Shown piece after piece: positions 60,358-64,000 of a DNA stretch of 64,000 bases. This DNA comes from Tricharina praecox (lineage: Eukaryota), in NCBI RefSeq assembly GCF_024521635.1, contig NW_026250404.1, positions 434,001 to 498,000 of the forward strand, written 5' to 3'. A model generated the notes under the pieces. It ran no database searches and had not been told where the DNA came from. It saw only the letters and a program-made list of their open reading frames with translations. How positions within the stretch are numbered: position 1 is the stretch's first letter; each line of letters opens with the position of its first letter. Both the position numbers and the translations under genes were made by a program.

Positions 60358-63300
60358 ATGCCTCCCAAACAACGTCAATCCCTCCGTCCGCCGCCGATGC
60401 GGCGCTCCGCTACTCCCCTCCCGGGGATGAACATGACACGTTCCGTCCTGCCTGCCGGTACCATCACATTCTCTCCCTTCCAGTTCAAGTCGTAAACCTC
60501 GCAAAAGCAAAGCAAAACATGAAGCTCAAATGTTATCTCGCACGTAATAGAAATCATCGCGACAATCCTAGACTACCTCCCTGTGCGGGATCTGTTATCG
60601 TTCGCACGTGTGTCGCACCGCCTGCGCGACATGGTCTACGATGATACCCGCTGGGTAACGAAGTTGCAGCTGATGGAGGTCTGGAACGAGACCGAAGCTC
60701 GCAAGCGTTTTGAAGATGCTATGTGGAAGAAACGGGCGGCGGATGCTGCGAAGAGGGCGGCGGAGGAGAAGAAATTCGCCGAATCGAGAGCGGCTGCCGC
60801 CGCTGGAAAGGGAATTACTGTTTTTGATGCTGTGGAGGAGTCCGAGAAGGCGAAAGCTGCGGCTGCTACTGCTGCTGCTGCTCCGGCGGCGACTGCAGCG
60901 GTCACCGCTGGTCTCGACTTGATGAGCGTTTCTGCGTCTGGGACGGAGATCTCACGGCCGGCGCTCATGGATAAGGGGAGCTTGTTGACGGTGCTGAAGA
61001 GTGTGCGTAGTATTCGCGGATTTGCACGACATGAATTCGGAAGGATTTATGGAGCTCTGGGGCCGCTGTATCTGGATCTGGTCATGGCTAGCACTCATGC
61101 CGATCCGATCGTCTTCCAGATGTATCGGGATCCTGAGGAGCAGGCGCAGATGCTTGCACAGCTGAAGAGGTTCGCGGAGTACGACACTGCGGTAGGCTGG
61201 TCGGAACGCACGGATAGACTGAAAGCTATGATGGAAGTTTTTGAGAACGCGGCACTGAGGGAGTTTGAGGGCGGCTTCGATACCGAAGATATCGACGGCC
61301 GCATGAAGAGATATGCGAATGTGCTCATTCTGCTGAACGGCGGGCAAGCATGCATTCAACTTTTTGTGCAGAAACATCCGGTGCTTTATAATAAGGAAGA
61401 GCTCGGAAACCCGATGGATTGCTTCGAGTAGGTTCCATTCTCGGCCAAAGGAAGCACTGTGCTGATCCAATGTGTAGTGATTCAACGGAGGGAACATTCT
61501 CTTTGGAACCGGCGAAAGTGTTTTGGCAGAAGCTCGCGGAAGTTCTGAAGAAGCAGGCGAGTATCATTGAAAGGGTTTTCCCCCAAGAGGTCAACGTCAT
61601 GCTACCATTCGTCGAGCGTGTTGCGGAAGATGTCATTTCCGAGTATGTTACTCCGGTGCTCGACGAGGCGCACAACCGCGATGTGGAGACGTACCTCAAG
61701 GCTGTGACGGGCCTTCTCAAGCAGAGTGTGGACTTTGGGGATTCTCTGCAGCCTGTTCTGTGCAAGGTTTCTGCCGACGGCACCGCGAAGGAGGTGCTGA
61801 ACGTTCTCATGCGAGTCTTTGATGCGCACGTGGATCTCTATCTTCAGGAGGAACTCGACTATTGCAAAAAGAAATTCAGCGAGGAGGTAGAAACGTGGGG
61901 GAAAATCATCCAGCGACAAGACGAAGCCACCGAATCGTTTTTCATGAGTAACGTCAACCGGGAGGCCGAAAAACGGGACTTTTTGACCACTTTTAAGAAG
62001 GTTATCCTCGCGCCTGTTTCGGTCATACCCTCGGCGTTCGGCAATGTTAGGCCGACAAGTGTCATCAGTACTATCGACTCGAGGTCTGTGTCGGACACTC
62101 CTTACGCCACGGATCAAGACTGGAATGCGAACAACAACAATAGAGCATCGGTGATAAGTAATTCGTCGGAGGATTACTTCGCCAATAGGAATAGAGCATT
62201 GTCTGTTGCGAGTGGACTCAGCGGTAGAGCTTCGCCCGCGCCCTCTGTGATGGTAGCGCCCACCTCCGAACTGGCTGCTAAAGCTGCCATCATAAATACG
62301 AAGCTTCAGGGAATCAGTGGCCTGTTTAGTCTCGATGTAGCGTTGAAGCTTGTGCACATGGCTAAGGAGAGTTTGGAACGTGCTGCGGTGTTTGCTAAAA
62401 CTGGAGGACAAACTGGAGAGGAAGCGTATGTCTCCTCGCTGTTATTCTCATTGCATGAAACTGATTGTTTACCAGCCGTGAGCAATGCGAAGCTATCTTT
62501 GTTGCGCTCCTCCAAGTCCTTGGTCCTCGACACGTCAAAGCAGGCTTCGACAAGGCCGTCGAGCATCTAGGAAAATACAACCCTCGCGAAGTTGCCCACA
62601 CATCCAACGGTGTTGCACCGCTAGTCACCTTCCTCGAGCTCGTCAATATTGGTGATCTGATTCAACAGATGATTGATGTTTTCTACGAGCAAGAGCTGGT
62701 AGCTGCACGATTGACGGATCGTAATGATTTCCTCAATCCTGCTGCGAAGGAAAAGAAACGCTTCGAGCAAATGCTGGACGAGCGTGTCGCAGCCGGGCTC
62801 AACGTCGGAATCGATGTGCTAATCGACGAGTTGGAGCACATCTTTGCCACTACACAACAAGTAACCGACTTCAATCCGGGGGCGTTGGGGGAAGTCGGAG
62901 CGGCAGAGAAGCGGCAAACTATGGATATAGGTCCCAGCCCGACGGCGGTTAGGATTGTGGAGATCGTCGAGACTCACACAAAGCTATTGACTGGAAGCAC
63001 TGATAAGAATGTTCTTGATGTGTTTAACCAAGAAGTGGGCCTCAGGTTGTTCGCCACCGTCTGTAAACACATAAAACGACAGCGGATCTCCATAGATGGC
63101 GCCATCAGGTTGATTTCGTGAGTTTCCCTTCCCTATCCTTCTCTATTATCGTTCCCTAATGAATTAGGGACGTAAATCTCTACAATAGCTACATCGAAGG
63201 GCTCAAGCTCCGACCGCTAATCCCGTACTTCACCGCGCTCCGAGAGCTCACACAAATCTATTTAATCGACCCCGAGCATGCGAAGCAGATGGCCACAGTC

Positions 63301-63438
63301 ATTGCAGATCCGCAGAGGTTTGGCGGGATCTTTAGAGTGGAGGAAGTTTATGAGTATGCGACTAGACGCGAGGACTGGTATAGAGTCAAGAAGGATGTTG
63401 AGAGGGCTATGTATGGCATTGGATGTAGCGTTATGTAG
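60358..63438 (+). CDS. RCY1: Recyclin-1: F-box plus Sec10-like protein (Rcy1/Pof6)
   Basis: F-box LPAEIIATILDYLPVRDLLSFARVS, Sec10-like helical region (KKRFEQMLDERVAAGLNVGIDVL, EVGLRLF) and C-terminal CAAX box CSVM. Four introns. Confidence 0.9.
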
Positions 63439-63797
63439 ATAGAGCAAGCGTTGAAGCTTTGGCGTTTGGGTGTATGGCGAACATTTGAGCTGGGTGTTTT
63501 TCTTTCCCTTCTTTTAGTGGATTGCAGCCAGCTTGCTTGTAGTGATAGTGATAGCTGGGATAAATTTCCTGGTAATAGAATCGAGTCTAGAAGTTTTCAT
63601 TCACGGAGAACAGAGCTCGAACTCAAGCTCGACTGGAAGATCACTCATGAGCACTCGGCAGTAAAACCCTTTACCCTACCTCGCTGGCATTATGGCGCTA
63701 ACAACTTTCGAGCCGCAACCCAAGAAGTTCAGCAAAGCAGTTACGGCGGAACCCCACCATCACCGAAATCCAACCCCCATACATCTAATATACCATC

Positions 63798-64000
63798 ATG
63801 GCAAGTTCCCTAACCTCCAGAGAGTCTGCTTTGAGTAGGAGCCAAAGCTAATACTGGTATTTGGTGCTTCAGTCGAACCCAACACAGATCTTTGGCGACG
63901 ATGTGCAGGAAGAACGTGGAGAGAATGCGAGTATGTTGTTCTATCAGTTTGATAGGGGGAGTAGAAGGGTGAAGCTGACGGGAGTTATCCAGGATTGTCG
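63798..64000 (+). CDS. CCT2: Chaperonin CCT/TRiC beta subunit, 5' end only (truncated by window)
   Basis: ATG | intron 63801-63872 | SNPTQIFGDDVQEERGENA | intron 63931-63992 | RLS, matching the CCT2 N-terminus (QIFGD...EER.ENARLS). Confidence 0.88.

Noticed and set aside
10083..62411. Long antisense ORFs opposite real genes (e.g. 10083-10796, 33941-34645, 42541-43116, 61602-62411)
   Set aside because: These are the expected shadow ORFs of GC-rich, codon-biased coding strands.
1..64000. tRNA, rRNA or snoRNA genes; secondary-metabolite cluster
   Set aside because: I saw no cloverleaf or A/B-box pattern and no convincing C/D box pair by eye (a tRNAscan or Infernal run would be decisive). The FMO and TF have no backbone synthase nearby.

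Overview
This is eukaryotic DNA from a filamentous ascomycete (Pezizomycotina, possibly Pezizomycetes). That assignment is inferred from short GT-AG introns with CTRAC/CTAAY branch sites and from the protein families present. The first ~8.2 kb has no recognisable gene but contains a 1.75-kb element bounded by terminal inverted repeats (TIRs) and several simple repeats. It is followed by a Zn2Cys6 transcription factor and then a dense run of about 23 mostly housekeeping, intron-containing genes: PPWD1-type cyclophilin, SLX9, PCH2, Bem46, HEL2, a J-domain protein, RPC1, a ~1,730-aa orphan, GGTase-I beta, FMO, SEC53, ATP18, SUI1, an F-box protein, RPT5, SSF1, UBC1, tropomyosin, securin, Voa1/Big1-like, RRP42, RCY1 and the 5' end of CCT2. 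Most notable: (i) the non-autonomous TIR element with a TACATA flanking duplication; (ii) the large orphan with the architecture of a meiotic axis-core protein (Red1/Rec10/SYCP2-like), about 13 kb from PCH2; (iii) a securin recognisable only from motifs; (iv) unusually degenerate 5' splice sites (GTCCTC, GTCCCG), a GC-AG intron and several ATG-only first exons; (v) the poor-context eIF1 start codon. I found no rRNA, tRNA or CRISPR array. All exon structures were reconstructed by eye and no database search was run.
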